A DNA stretch of 64,000 bases from an uncultured Thermoleophilia bacterium (GCA_963699795.1 CAVOVG010000016.1:86925-150924), one strand, 5' to 3'; shown: positions 46,722-59,619, counted from the first letter of the stretch. Notes: generated by a model from the letters alone, not told the origin. Numbers and translations are program-made.

Positions 46722-47693
46722 TTGGCAACTCGCACAAGCCTGATGGAATTCCAGATTCCCCGCATCGTCAGCGAGGAGGGCGACGATCATCGCGGCGTCT
46801 TCGCGATCGAGCCCCTCGACCGCGGTTTCGGCTACACGTTCGGTAACTCGCTCCGCCGCGTGCTCCTCTCCTCGCTCGAGGGAACGGCCGTGACCGCCGT
46901 CAAGATCGAGGGGGTCTCCCACGAGTTCACGACGCTCCCCGGCGTCCGCGAGGACGTCACCGACATCATCCTGAACCTCAAGAGCCTGATTTGCCTGCTC
47001 CACGGCGAGTCACCCGAGGTCGAGGTTCACATCTCCAAGAAGGGCTCCGGCGTCGTCACCGCCGCCGACATCGAGGCGCCCGCCGACCTGGAGATCCTCA
47101 ATCCCGAGCTCGAGATCGCGCACCTCGCGGCGAAGGGCAAGCTCGAGATGACGCTCACGATCGGCCGCGGACGTGGCTACATGCCCGCCGACCTGAATCG
47201 CGGAGCGGAGACGACGATCGGTGTGATTCCCATCGACTCGATCTTCTCGCCCGTCCGGCGCGTCGCGTACGAGGTCGAGTCTGCTCGCGTCGGTCAGCGC
47301 ACCGACTTCGACAAGCTCATTCTCGACGTCACGACCGACGGCTCGATCGAGCCGCGGGACGCGATCGGCCAGGCCGCCGAGATCCTCATCCGGCAGCTTG
47401 CGATCTTCACCGACCTCGACGCGATCGAAGGCTTCAGCGAGGCCCAGATCGAAGCTTCCCAGGAAGCATCGACCTCGCACGGGATGGAGAACTTCCCGAT
47501 CGAGGAGCTCGAGCTTGGCGTCCGCTCCTACAACTGCCTCAAGCGCGTCGGCATCGAGACGATCGGCGACCTGACCTCGAAGTCCGAGGCCGAGCTCGCA
47601 GCGATCCCGAACTTCGGTCGCAAGTCGGTCGAGGAAGTGCGCGAGACGCTCGCAGCGCACGGGCTGACGCTCAAGGGCGAGGAGCTCGTCTAA
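46722..47693 (+). CDS. rpoA: RNA polymerase alpha subunit
   Basis: EPLDRGFGYTFGNSLRRVLLSS, alpha-CTD VRSYNCLKR; start TTG 46722 (after GAAAGGA) or ATG 46743. Confidence 0.98.
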   Translation: MATRTSLMEFQIPRIVSEEGDDHRGVFAIEPLDRGFGYTFGNSLRRVLLSSLEGTAVTAVKIEGVSHEFTTLPGVREDVTDIILNLKSLICLLHGESPEVEVHISKKGSGVVTAADIEAPADLEILNPELEIAHLAAKGKLEMTLTIGRGRGYMPADLNRGAETTIGVIPIDSIFSPVRRVAYEVESARVGQRTDFDKLILDVTTDGSIEPRDAIGQAAEILIRQLAIFTDLDAIEGFSEAQIEASQEASTSHGMENFPIEELELGVRSYNCLKRVGIETIGDLTSKSEAELAAIPNFGRKSVEEVRETLAAHGLTLKGEELV

Positions 47694-47696
47694 GTC

Positions 47697-48071
47697 ATGC
47701 GTCACGCACGCGCAGGGAAGAAGCTCGGCCGGGACTCGGCTCACCGCAAGGCGCTGTACTCGAACCTTGCGGGCGCATTGATCCAGCACGGCCGGATCAA
47801 GACGACCGAGGCCAAGGCCAAGGCGGTCAAGCCGTACGCCGAGAAGATGGTCACGCTCGGCAAGCGCGGCGACCTCCACGCACGTCGGCTCGCGATGGCA
47901 GAACTGCGGTCGAACGACATCGTGCACCACCTCTTCCTCAACATCGCCCCGCGGTTCGCCGAGCGGAACGGTGGCTACACGCGCATCGTCAAGCTCGGCC
48001 CGCGTCCCGGTGATGCGGCGCCGATGGTGCTGCTCGAGTTCGTCGATCACGATCCCGCTGCTGCTGCCTGA
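47697..48071 (+). CDS. rplQ: 50S ribosomal protein L17
   Basis: [18 protein letters not shown]. Confidence 0.98.
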   Translation: MRHARAGKKLGRDSAHRKALYSNLAGALIQHGRIKTTEAKAKAVKPYAEKMVTLGKRGDLHARRLAMAELRSNDIVHHLFLNIAPRFAERNGGYTRIVKLGPRPGDAAPMVLLEFVDHDPAAAA

Positions 48072-48094
48072 CTTTCGGCCGCGCGGAGACGACT

Positions 48095-48120
48095 CGAAGG
48101 GCGCCTGCGGGCGCCCTTCG
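48095..48120 (+). terminator. Hairpin terminator ending the alpha operon
   Basis: CGAAGGGCGCCtgcgGGCGCCCTTCG. Confidence 0.7.
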
Positions 48121-48155
48121 TCGTCGCGGCATCAGAACGCCGTAGAGTTCACACC

Positions 48156-48509
48156 ATGCTGACGATCATCGCGCTGATCATCGCGCTTCTGTTCCTCTCG
48201 TCTCCGTGGAGCTATCTGCTCGTCGCGGTGGCGATCATCATCGACGTTGTCGAGATCGCGATCTTCGTGTGGTGGTCGCGGCGTCGTCGGCGCCGTGGCC
48301 CGCCAGCGGTCGGGGTGGAAGCCCTCGTCGGTCAGCGTGGGGTCGCCGTCGGGCGCCTCACGCCGGGCACGCGTGAGGACATCGGGCAGGTGCGGGTCGG
48401 CGGAGAGATCTGGGGCGCAAGAGCGGCCGTCGTCATCGACCCCGGTGCAAGCATCGTCGTTCGTCGCGTCGACGGCCTCGTGCTCGAGGTCGAGCCCGCG
48501 CAAGATTAG
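48156..48509 (+). CDS. NfeD-like small membrane protein (C-terminal OB fold)
   Basis: Two TM helices, LVGQRG, GQVRVGGEIWGA, VDGLVLEV. Confidence 0.8.
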   Translation: MLTIIALIIALLFLSSPWSYLLVAVAIIIDVVEIAIFVWWSRRRRRRGPPAVGVEALVGQRGVAVGRLTPGTREDIGQVRVGGEIWGARAAVVIDPGASIVVRRVDGLVLEVEPAQD

Positions 48510-48533
48510 GCAACGGTGGTACAACGACCGGCC

Positions 48534-49266
48534 GTGGCACTGTTGAGACTCACACTCGAGTACGACGGTGGTGGCTTCCGCGGTTGGGCCAGGCAGCCGG
48601 GCCAGCGAACCGTGGAGGGCGTTCTTCGCGACGCGCTCGACGTGATCTACCCACGCGGTTGGGACGGTCTTGCTGTCGCAGGCCGTACGGACACCGGCGT
48701 GCACGCGACCGGGCAGGTGGCGAGCGTGTCGGTCACCGGCGGCGCACCCGCAGTCCGGGCGGCCGAGGCGCTGAACACCGCGCTGCCGGACGACGTATCC
48801 GTTCTGGCCGCCGAGGATGCTCCCGAGGGCTTCCACGCTCGCTTCTCCGCCACAGCGCGCTCGTACCGCTACGTCGTGCTCAACCGCCCGGCCCGGTCAG
48901 CGCTCGAGGCGAGGCGCGAGCTCTGGTGGCCTCGCTCTCTCGATCTCCCGGCGTTGCAGCAGTGCGCCGCGCTCCTTCCGGGCGAGCACGTGTTCACGGC
49001 CTTCACGCCCGCCGAGTCCCAGCACGACGTGTTCGTTCGCATCGTCCGCGAGGCCGCCTGGGAGCGGCGCGGCGACCACCTCCACTTCACCGTCACGGCG
49101 GACTCGTTCCTCCGACACATGGTGCGCACCCTCGTCGGCACGATGCTCCAGAGCAGTCCCGAGCGCTTCGCCGCGGTTGCTCGACGGGCGCCCCCGTCTC
49201 GAGGGGGGAGCGACGGCGCCACCCTGGGGCCTCTACCTCGAGGACGTGGAGTACGCAGGCAGCTGA
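48534..49266 (+). CDS. truA: tRNA pseudouridine(38-40) synthase TruA, frameshift near 49175
   Basis: YDGGGFRGW, AGRTDTGVHA, FLRHMVR, TAPPWGLYL. Confidence 0.93.
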
Positions 49267-49284
49267 CGCCGATACGATCGAGGG

Positions 49285-51925
<2,641 letters not shown>

Positions 51926-51928
51926 GGG

Positions 51929-53122
51929 TCAGCCGACCGGGGTCGTCGTCGACAGGATCGTCACGAATCGATCCTGAGCCGCACGCGCTGACCACGACGA
52001 CACCGGGTTCCCGTTCTCCAGCACGGCAAACACGATCTTCCGCTGGATCAGCCCGGACAAGGTGCAGGCGAGATCGGTCGTTCCGGTCTTCCCCCTCACG
52101 GTGCCGCGCAACATCGGAAGCCTGTTGCTCAGCGTTCCGCTCGATCCGGTTACGGCGAGCGAGCCGACGAACGAACGCGCGATTGCGGGATCCGTCGCCC
52201 CGGCCCGGAGCACGCCCACGAGCGCTGCCGCCGTGATACGGTCGAGGCTCGAGAGTCCCGAGCCGTCGACGATCCGAACGCCCGTGACGGGGATTCCGGC
52301 TTCGCGCATCGTTGCGACCACGATCCTGCCGCCCCCGGCCGACGTGCCCACCTTGCCCTCGGTGGCCGGGAGTTGCTTGAGCAGCATCTCGGCGAAGAAG
52401 TTGTCGCTCTCACGGTTCATCTGCCGAACGACCAGCGAGAGGGGATCGGACGTGTCGGACGCGAGCGTCGTCGCGCTCGCGGGGACGACACCCAGCCCCG
52501 GGCGTCCGGCAACTGCGACGCCCTTTCGCTCGAGGGCCTCCCTGAGCGCGCGGGCGGCGAGCAGCGGCGGCGACAGTGCCGGCCATCCGCGTGCACGGTC
52601 GACGACAAGAGCCGAGAGTGGCGGCGACTCGATGCCGAGGAAGCCGCGCTTCCACCCCGCCACCTCGCGCTTCCGGTCGTAGAACGATTCGTCACCGAGG
52701 ACGCGCCCCGTGATCGCGCGGATCCCGCGCCCGCGAATCGTGGCGGCGAGCCGGTCGATGTCCGACGTCGAGAGCGTCGGGTCGCCGAAGCCCTTGAGGA
52801 TGAGGTTGCCGTCCCACGTCGCTCCGGCGCGTGCACCGGAACCGTAGACCTCGGTGTGAAATCGGTATCCGGCACCGAGGCGTGTCAGGGCCGCGAACGA
52901 GACGGGAATCTTCTCGTTCGAGGCAGGTGCCAACGGTACGTCGCTTCGGTGGGCGTAGATCGTCTCGCCCGTCGAGACGTCGATCGCGATGGCGGCCGTG
53001 TTGGCGAGTGAGAGCGAAGGTCCCTTCAGCGACTTCGTCAGCTGCGGTCCGAGCGAGTCCGCGGCGGACGCGGTCGCTGCGCAGACCAGCGCAACAGCCG
53101 CGATCAAGATTCGACCGGTCAC
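51929..53122 (-). CDS. dacB: D-Ala-D-Ala carboxypeptidase/endopeptidase (peptidase S13)
   Basis: PASNEK (SxxK), SDN, KTG; signal peptide. Confidence 0.92.
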   Translation of the reverse strand: MTGRILIAAVALVCAATASAADSLGPQLTKSLKGPSLSLANTAAIAIDVSTGETIYAHRSDVPLAPASNEKIPVSFAALTRLGAGYRFHTEVYGSGARAGATWDGNLILKGFGDPTLSTSDIDRLAATIRGRGIRAITGRVLGDESFYDRKREVAGWKRGFLGIESPPLSALVVDRARGWPALSPPLLAARALREALERKGVAVAGRPGLGVVPASATTLASDTSDPLSLVVRQMNRESDNFFAEMLLKQLPATEGKVGTSAGGGRIVVATMREAGIPVTGVRIVDGSGLSSLDRITAAALVGVLRAGATDPAIARSFVGSLAVTGSSGTLSNRLPMLRGTVRGKTGTTDLACTLSGLIQRKIVFAVLENGNPVSSWSARAAQDRFVTILSTTTPVG

Positions 53123-53126
53123 ACGC

Positions 53127-54188
53127 TCAACCGTAGATCGTGATCGTGACCATCCGGCGTCCCCAGGCCTGTGCCTGGGCGGTGTTGGGCATCCAGAGGT
53201 CGATGATGTTGCCCTTGATCGCCGTTCCCGTATCCGCTGCGACGGCGGACCCGTAGCCCGGAATGAAAACACGTGTGCCGAGGGGAATGACGGATGGGTC
53301 GACAGCGATCACGCCGACGCCGACGGGGAGCCCACTCGCGGTTCTCCCGGGGAGGTGATACGCGACCGCGTCCGCGACGAAGGTGCGCGTCCCGGTCGAT
53401 GATGCAGGAGGCGGCGTCGCTTCCGGTTCGGATGCTGCCTCGGGCTCGTTTTCGGCCGCAGCACCGGCCGGGGCGGCGGTTGCGGTTGCGGTTGACGTGA
53501 TCTCCGCAGACCGGCGCTGCGCGGCTCGTGCCTGGCTCTCGAGAGTCGCGAGCCTTTGTGCAGTCAGCGATCGCGTGTTGCGGACGGCGGCAACCGTCGC
53601 GCTCTGTCCGGCAACGGCCGCCTCGAGGCGCGCGACGCCTTCTCGAGCTGCGCTCTCGGCGCTCGTCAGACGGGCGCGCTCCTCGAGGAGCTCCGCCCTG
53701 AGGCGACCGAGCTTCCGTGCCCGCGAAGTCGCCTCGAGGCTCAGGCGCCTGTTCTGAGCCGTGGCCCGTGATAGTCCCTCGATGCCGGCGACGGCCTCGT
53801 CGAGTGAGGTAGCTCCGAGGATGACCGAGATCGGGTCGGGCGAGCCCTGGACGTACAATTCCCGTAGGAGCGTCGCGACCCGCTCCTGCGACGCCTTGAG
53901 CGAGCGCCGGACGATCTTTGCTCGAACCTGCAAGCTCCGCTCGTTGCGGGCAAGCTGCGCGGATCGCTCTGCCAGCCTCGCGGCATCTCCTCGGGCGCGT
54001 GCAAGAGCGGACTCGGCCGCGTAGAGCTCGAGCAGCGCGGCCGACTCGGAGCGGCCGAGTGCCGCCACCCGCTCGGCGAGAGCCGGAGCAGTCTCTGCGC
54101 TCCCTGACGATGGTGTCGAAACGGTGAGCAGTGCGCCCGCGGCGAGGGCCGCACCAACCAGCGGCCACCCTGGTGTCAGCAGTCTCAC
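53127..54188 (-). CDS. Secreted coiled-coil protein with C-terminal 3D domain (lytic transglycosylase/Sps-like)
   Basis: TASG..IAVDPSVIPLGT..GYG.AVAADTG.AIKGNIIDL. Confidence 0.88.
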   Translation of the reverse strand: MRLLTPGWPLVGAALAAGALLTVSTPSSGSAETAPALAERVAALGRSESAALLELYAAESALARARGDAARLAERSAQLARNERSLQVRAKIVRRSLKASQERVATLLRELYVQGSPDPISVILGATSLDEAVAGIEGLSRATAQNRRLSLEATSRARKLGRLRAELLEERARLTSAESAAREGVARLEAAVAGQSATVAAVRNTRSLTAQRLATLESQARAAQRRSAEITSTATATAAPAGAAAENEPEAASEPEATPPPASSTGTRTFVADAVAYHLPGRTASGLPVGVGVIAVDPSVIPLGTRVFIPGYGSAVAADTGTAIKGNIIDLWMPNTAQAQAWGRRMVTITIYG

Positions 54189-54267
54189 AAGGCGAAGACC
54201 GTAGCAAAAACACCGTTGGCGGCTAGCCGAATTAGCGGGTTTTGCAGGTATTTTCTGCTGTAGCCGG

Positions 54268-54296
54268 TTGCAGCTGACTGTCGCAGCTGCTAGAGT
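54268..54296 (+). promoter_or_regulatory. SigA-type promoter of the NlpC/P60 gene
   Basis: TTGCAG-N17-TAGAGT with extended TG. Confidence 0.6.
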
Positions 54297-54353
54297 TGAC
54301 ACTTCGGATTGGCTCCGCTGCGCTTGGGGGCTTTTCGACGTTCGAACCAGCTT

Positions 54354-55508
54354 ATGAACAGTTCGAGAACGCGACAGGCTCCGGCCAAAATCCTCGCCCT
54401 TGTGGCAGTCTGCCTTTCGGTACTGGCCGTTGCGTCCTCGCCGACCGCGAACCCCTCGATCACGTCGAAGCGAGAGCAGGCGCAGGCGGTTCTTGCTCAG
54501 ATCGCTGCGACCCAACCCCAGCTCGAGCAGTCGATCGAGTCGTACAACTACGCGAACGTTCAGCTGAAGCAGCTCGACGCCGAGCTCGAATCGAACGCGC
54601 GCCACCTCGTCGTTGCGAAGACGAGCCTCGGCGCGGCTCAAGTGCACGTTGCGAACCGATTGCGAGCGCTGTACATCAACGGTGACGGCGGGGGTGCCGT
54701 CGAGGTGATTCTCGGGGCGGAGAGCCTCGACGATCTTCTCGGGCGCCTCGACATGGTGCAGCGTGTCGGGGGTCAGGATGCGAAGGTCCTGAAGGAGGTG
54801 AAGCGCTTTCGCAAGGAGGTGAAGCAGCGACGTGAGAACCTCACACGGGCGCGCTCCACGCAGGGTCGCATCGTGCAGGAACGGGCGAGCCAGAAGCGGG
54901 CGATCGAAAGCCAGATTGCGAGTCAGCAGCGAATGCTCGCCGGCCTCGAGTCAGAGATCAGGCAGCTTCAGGCGGAGGAGGCGCGTCGCCAGGCGCGACT
55001 CGCCTCACAGGCGAGAGCGCTACTCGCCTCCCAGCAGCGCGCTGCCGAGTCGGCCGCGATCTCACGGGCGACCCTTCTCGAGGCCCCGACGACGATCAGC
55101 CCCGAGGCCCCGACGACGATCAGCCCGTCGGACAGCGAGAATGTATTCGTCACTGAGGCGCCTCCTTCGCAGTACGGCGGCGTTGTCGGGATCGCGATGC
55201 AGTACCTCGGCGTTCCGTATGTCTGGGGCGGGATGAGCCCGAGCGGATTCGATTGCTCCGGGCTCGTCGCGTACTCCTTTGCCCAGCTGGGTGTCTCGCT
55301 CCCGCACCACGCAGCGTCCATTTACGGCTACGGCACGCCGGTTTCACAGTCGGATCTGCAGCCGGGCGACCTCGTCTTCTACAGTGGCCTCGGTCACATG
55401 GGCATCTACATCGGCGGCGGCCAGTACATCCACGCGCCACAGACCGGCGACGTCGTCAAGATCTCGAGCATCTACCGATCCGGCTGGGTCGGCGCAAAAC
55501 GCCTGTAG
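54354..55508 (+). CDS. CwlO/RipC-like coiled-coil NlpC/P60 peptidoglycan endopeptidase
   Basis: Signal peptide, coiled coil, LGVPYVWGG..GFDCSG, HMGIY, IHAP. Confidence 0.92.
   Translation: MNSSRTRQAPAKILALVAVCLSVLAVASSPTANPSITSKREQAQAVLAQIAATQPQLEQSIESYNYANVQLKQLDAELESNARHLVVAKTSLGAAQVHVANRLRALYINGDGGGAVEVILGAESLDDLLGRLDMVQRVGGQDAKVLKEVKRFRKEVKQRRENLTRARSTQGRIVQERASQKRAIESQIASQQRMLAGLESEIRQLQAEEARRQARLASQARALLASQQRAAESAAISRATLLEAPTTISPEAPTTISPSDSENVFVTEAPPSQYGGVVGIAMQYLGVPYVWGGMSPSGFDCSGLVAYSFAQLGVSLPHHAASIYGYGTPVSQSDLQPGDLVFYSGLGHMGIYIGGGQYIHAPQTGDVVKISSIYRSGWVGAKRL
55079..55126 (+). repeat. Perfect 24-bp in-frame tandem duplication (EAPTTISP twice) in the linker
   Basis: CGAGGCCCCGACGACGATCAGCCC twice. 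Confidence 0.85.
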
Positions 55509-55646
55509 GGGCGAGGCGCAGCCTCGCCCGCCGGGCTCCGCCCGCCGCGCCCTTCCCTGCCTCGCTCGCCCGCGGTGCGTCTACGAGAATGCCACACGTG
55601 CGGTGCAGGAGCGGGGCGACGGGCGACGCGTGCGCGTCGCCCCTAC
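55505..55646. repeat. Inverted pair of GTAG-type REP-like hairpins between convergent genes
   Basis: Plus strand GTAG-GGGCGAGGC-gca-GCCTCGCCC at 55505-55529; minus strand GTAG-GGGCGACGC-gcac-GCGTCGCCC at 55621-55646; each GTAG contains a stop codon. Confidence 0.75.
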
Positions 55647-57407
55647 GGCTGGTACAGCAACTCGACGTCGTCGGCGAAGTGCGTCATGATCGTGCGCCGC
55701 TTCAGTTTCAGGGTCGGCGTCATCTCGTCTCGCTCCATCGTGAAGTCGCGCGGCAGGATCGCGAACCGCTTGATCTGCTCGAAGCGTGACCGGTCCCGGT
55801 TCACGTCGTCGACGATCCCCTGAACCAGCTCGCGCACCCGTTCGTCCGCAGCGAGCTCTTCCGGCCCGCCCGGAACTCCCTCCGCTGCAGCCCACTTCTC
55901 GATCTCGGCCGGATCGAGCGTCAGGAGCGCTGCCGGATACGGGCGCCGGTCTCCGACGACGATCGCCTGTGAGACGTACTTCGACGCCTTGAGGTCGTTC
56001 TCGATGTTCTGCGGGGCGATGTTCTTGCCGCCGGCCGTGACGAGGATGTCCTTCTTGCGGTCGGTGATCGTGACGAACCCATCGTCGTCGATCTCGGCGA
56101 TATCGCCCGAGTAGAGCCAGCCGTCTGCGTCGAGCACCTCGGCCGTCGCCTCCGGATCCCTGTAGTAGCCGGCGAAGACGGTGTCGCTGCGGATCAGGAG
56201 CTCGCCGTCCTCGGCGATGCGCAGCTCGGTGCCCGGAAAGGCCTGGCCGACGGTGCCGAAGCGCCAGTTCTGAGGTGTGTTGGTCGTGGCGCCCGTCGTG
56301 CACTCGGTCAGACCGTACGCCTCGAGAATGCGGATCCCGATCGCGTCGAAGAACTCCTCGATCTCCTGCGAGAGTGGTGCGCCGCCCGAGATCGGTGTTC
56401 GCAGGCGACCGCCCAGCCGGGCGCGGATCTTGGCGAAGACGAGCCGGTCGGCGACACGGTGCTTCAGTGCAAGCGCTCCGGCGACGGGAAGCCCGGCCGC
56501 CTCTCGGGCGCTGACCTCTCGGCCCACCCCGAGTGACCAGTCGGCGAGGCGGCGCTTTGCACCCGTCGTCTCGTCGATCGCGCTGACGATCGCCGTATGG
56601 ATCTTCTCATACACCCGCGGAACGCTCGGGAGCACGGTCGGGCCGAGCGTCGTGAGTGCCTCTGCGGTCTGGAGCGGATCCGGGAGGAATGCCGTCGTGT
56701 ATCCCACATACGGCGCCGCGAGGTGCATCAGGCGGCCGAAGTTGTGGGCCAGGGGAAGGTAGAGCAACATCAGGTCGTTCCCGTGGAAGTAGTCCGGTAG
56801 GTGGTCGACCACCGAGACCATCGAGTAGTAGTTGCGGTGCCGGATCATGCAGCCCTTCGGCGGCCCGGTCGTCCCTGACGTGTAGATGAAGCGTGAACAG
56901 GTCATCCTCGTCGATCGCTGCCACTGCGTCGTCGAGCGCGGTCGGGTGCTCGGCCTTGAACGCTGCCCCGTCCGCCTCGAGAGCAGGGAGATCCGCGAAC
57001 GCCAGGAGATGCTCGAGGCGGGGGAGCGAGGCGCGCTCTTCCTCCACTTTCCGAACCTGCACCGCATCCTCGCAGAGGACGCCGACCGACTCCGAATGGG
57101 CGAGAACGTAGGCCGCGTCCTTCGGAGAGCTGTTCGCGTAGATTCCTGCGCCGACGGCCCCCACCTGCGCAAGCGCGAAGTCGAAGAGCGCCCATTCGAG
57201 AGTCGTGCGGGCGAGCGTTGCGAAAGCGTCGCCCTTGCGGACGCCTCGCGCCAGGAGGCCGTTTGCGAGGTTCTCGACGCGTTCGGCGGCCTCGTTCCAG
57301 CTCACGTCGTGCCAGTGATCGCCGTGCTGCACGAGATATGCTGCGCCGGTTCGCTCTTGCGAGACAGCTTCGCGCCAGAGGCGCGCGATCGTGCGGTTGC
57401 TTTCCAC
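55643..57407 (-). CDS. Long-chain fatty acyl-CoA synthetase (AMP-dependent), frameshift near 56890
   Basis: IYTSGTTGPPKG, YGLTE, GWLYSGD, DRKKD, TPTLKLKR. Confidence 0.9.
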
Positions 57408-57487
57408 GGTCGACAATCTACTCGCAGGCGTGCAGGAACGGCGGATTCGGGGCAGAATGAGGTCGGTCCCCGATCGATCGAGGAGCA

Positions 57488-58351
57488 ATGCGCACGACCT
57501 GGAACGGATCACTGACATTCGGCCTCGTCAGCATCCCCGTCGGCCTTGCGCCCGCGACGAAGCCCGCCGCCCGCCAGTCGGACGTGTCCTTTCGGCTGCT
57601 GCATCGCGAATGCCTGACACCGATCAAGCAGAAGCGCTGGTGCCCCAAGCACGACCGCGAGCTCGCGCCCGACGAGATAGTCAAGGGTTGGGAGGCGTCA
57701 AAGGGGCAGTTCGTGCTGGTCGAGGAGGCCGAGCTCGAGGCTCTCGAGGGGCACGACGACTCGCGATCGATCGAGATCTCCCAGTTCATTCCGGTCGACC
57801 AGGTCGACCCGATCTGGCGTGATCGCACCTACTTCCTGGTTCCTGGAGTCGCTCCGGCTCAGCGTCGTCCCTATCGCCTGTTGCTCGAGGCAATGAGGGA
57901 GACCGGGACGGGTGCCCTCGGCCGCTTCGTGCGGACGGGACGCGAGTCGCTCTGCCTCGTTCGCTCTCGCGGTGATGCTCTCGTTCTGGAGACGCTCTAC
58001 CTTGCGGAGGACGTGTACTCGGATGCCGAGATCTGCGAGGCGATCGGTGAGACCGAGGTGAAGAAGCCCGAGCTCGCGCTCGCCCACCAGATCATCGAGA
58101 GTCTCGACGGCACCTTCGATCCGGCCACACTGACGAGCTCCTATCGACGCGATCTACGTGCCCTGCTCGAGGCGAAGCTGCAGGGCGAGGAGCTGCGCCC
58201 GGCTGCCGAGGCCGAGCCGGAGCGCGCACCCGCTGTCGACCTCCTCGAGGCGCTCAAGGCGAGCGTCGCCGCTGCGAAGGTCGGGCGCGACACAGGCCCG
58301 AAGCAGCCTGCGAAGCCGAAGAAGACGCCTGCCAGGTCGCGGGCCCGGTAG
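57488..58351 (+). CDS. ku: Non-homologous end-joining protein Ku
   Basis: MRTTWNGSLTFGLVSIPV, EIVKGWE, DLLEALKASV plus basic tail. Confidence 0.95.
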   Translation: MRTTWNGSLTFGLVSIPVGLAPATKPAARQSDVSFRLLHRECLTPIKQKRWCPKHDRELAPDEIVKGWEASKGQFVLVEEAELEALEGHDDSRSIEISQFIPVDQVDPIWRDRTYFLVPGVAPAQRRPYRLLLEAMRETGTGALGRFVRTGRESLCLVRSRGDALVLETLYLAEDVYSDAEICEAIGETEVKKPELALAHQIIESLDGTFDPATLTSSYRRDLRALLEAKLQGEELRPAAEAEPERAPAVDLLEALKASVAAAKVGRDTGPKQPAKPKKTPARSRAR

Positions 58352-58505
58352 CCCGACTGGAGGTTTCTGCAAAGCGGCCCCGCTTCGCGGACGGGAGGTT
58401 TCACGTGCAACCTCGTCTCAAGGGCCACAAGCTGTCGTTTCACCGCAGCGCCGCGAAGCGCTCTCCCCGGAAGGGTCGACGCTCCGCGGCGCGCGCGTGA
58501 GCGCC

Positions 58506-58679
58506 TCAGGCGTGTTGCGCGACCGGGTGGCCGACGGCCTCGAGTTGCGCCTGGAACAGGTACTTGTCGATCTTCCCGTGGTAGATCGGGACGCCCTCTT
58601 CGATGCACAACTTGATGATCGTGTCGCGGTCGATGCCGAGCTCGACCGACAGCTCTTCGGGCGTCAGGTGATTCGCCAT
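58506..58679 (-). CDS. Small 57-aa protein, possible excisionase-like HTH
   Basis: MANHLTPEELSVELGIDRDTIIKLC; strong SD GAAGGAGG. Confidence 0.7.
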   Translation of the reverse strand: MANHLTPEELSVELGIDRDTIIKLCIEEGVPIYHGKIDKYLFQAQLEAVGHPVAQHA

Positions 58680-58700
58680 TCGTCGCCTCCTTCGGGCATC

Positions 58701-58736
58701 AAAAAAGCCCGCCGGCGCAAGGCGCGCGGTCGGGCT
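58701..58736 (-). terminator. Intrinsic terminator in the 5' leader of the small HTH gene
   Basis: Minus strand AGCCCGACCGCGCGCCTTGCGCCGGCGGGCTTTTTT, just upstream of the SD. Confidence 0.7.
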
Positions 58737-58805
58737 GAATCGACGCTCGGTTGTCATTGGCGGGGGTCAACGGGCCCGCCTCCCGATCTGCACCATGATG
58801 AGATA

Positions 58806-58834
58806 AGGATACTCGGGGCGCCTGACGTTCGCAA
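58806..58834 (-). promoter_or_regulatory. SigA-type promoter
   Basis: Minus strand TTGCGA-N17-TATCCT. Confidence 0.6.
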
Positions 58835-58878
58835 ACCTTCTGGTCCCCGGCGTCCCGAAATGATGCGAGGAGGGAGCT

Positions 58879-59619
58879 CTACACCGGGTTGTCGACCTCG
58901 AGATACCGCCATTCGATCGCGAACGCGTCGGCGAGGTGGGCGGCAAGTGCCTGGACGCCGAACCGCTCGGTCGCGTGGTGCCCCGCCGCGATCAGGTGGA
59001 TTCCGAGCTCGCGGGCGGTCGCCATGTTGGGCTCCTCGGGCTCGCCGGTGAGGAGCGCGTCGAAGCCCTCGTGGGCGGCACGGACGAGGTCGTAGCCGGC
59101 TGCTCCTGTCGAGATGGCCAGACGCTCGATCGGGTCGGGACCGTGAGGGAAGACGAGCGGCGGCCGCTCCACGACGGACTCGACGCGCGCGGCCAGGTCG
59201 CCGATCGAGAGGCTCGGGACGGTGCACGCGAGCCCGACACCTCCGAACGGCCCCTCGGGCGTTGCCCCAAGCCGATCTGCGAGCTGGGCGGCGTTGCCGA
59301 GCGTCGCGTGCGCGTCGAGAGCAAGGTGGTAGGCGAGGAGCGAGGCGTTGGCGTTGAACAGTGCCTCGAGGCGGCCCCGCTGGCGATCGTCGATGACGAG
59401 AGGCTCGTTGCGCCAGAAGAGACCGTGATGGACGAGGATCATGTCGGCTCCTGCGTCGGCGGCGCGCTCGAAGAGCTCCCGGGAGCTCGAGACCCCGCAG
59501 ACGAGCAACGTCACGTCGTCGCTTCCGACCACCTGGAGACCCGGCGGTGCGAACTCGGGCCAGCGATCGACGTCGAGGAGTGCATTCGTATAGGCGACGA
59601 TCTCGTCCCTTCCGGCCAC
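58879..59619 (-). CDS. Nif3/YbgI-like dinuclear metal protein
   Basis: GLQV, LVHHGLFW, YHLALDAH, GNAAQL, AGHHATE; TACACT -10 six nt before the GTG (leaderless). Confidence 0.92.
   Translation of the reverse strand: MAGRDEIVAYTNALLDVDRWPEFAPPGLQVVGSDDVTLLVCGVSSSRELFERAADAGADMILVHHGLFWRNEPLVIDDRQRGRLEALFNANASLLAYHLALDAHATLGNAAQLADRLGATPEGPFGGVGLACTVPSLSIGDLAARVESVVERPPLVFPHGPDPIERLAISTGAAGYDLVRAAHEGFDALLTGEPEEPNMATARELGIHLIAAGHHATERFGVQALAAHLADAFAIEWRYLEVDNPV

Noticed and set aside
54297-54353. c-di-AMP (ydaO) riboswitch before the cell-wall hydrolase
   Set aside because: Leader is too short and lacks the conserved motifs
57488-58351. Ku without an adjacent ligD as a novel repair module with ligA
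   Set aside because: ku and ligD are often unlinked, and ligA is 5.5 kb away in a different operon
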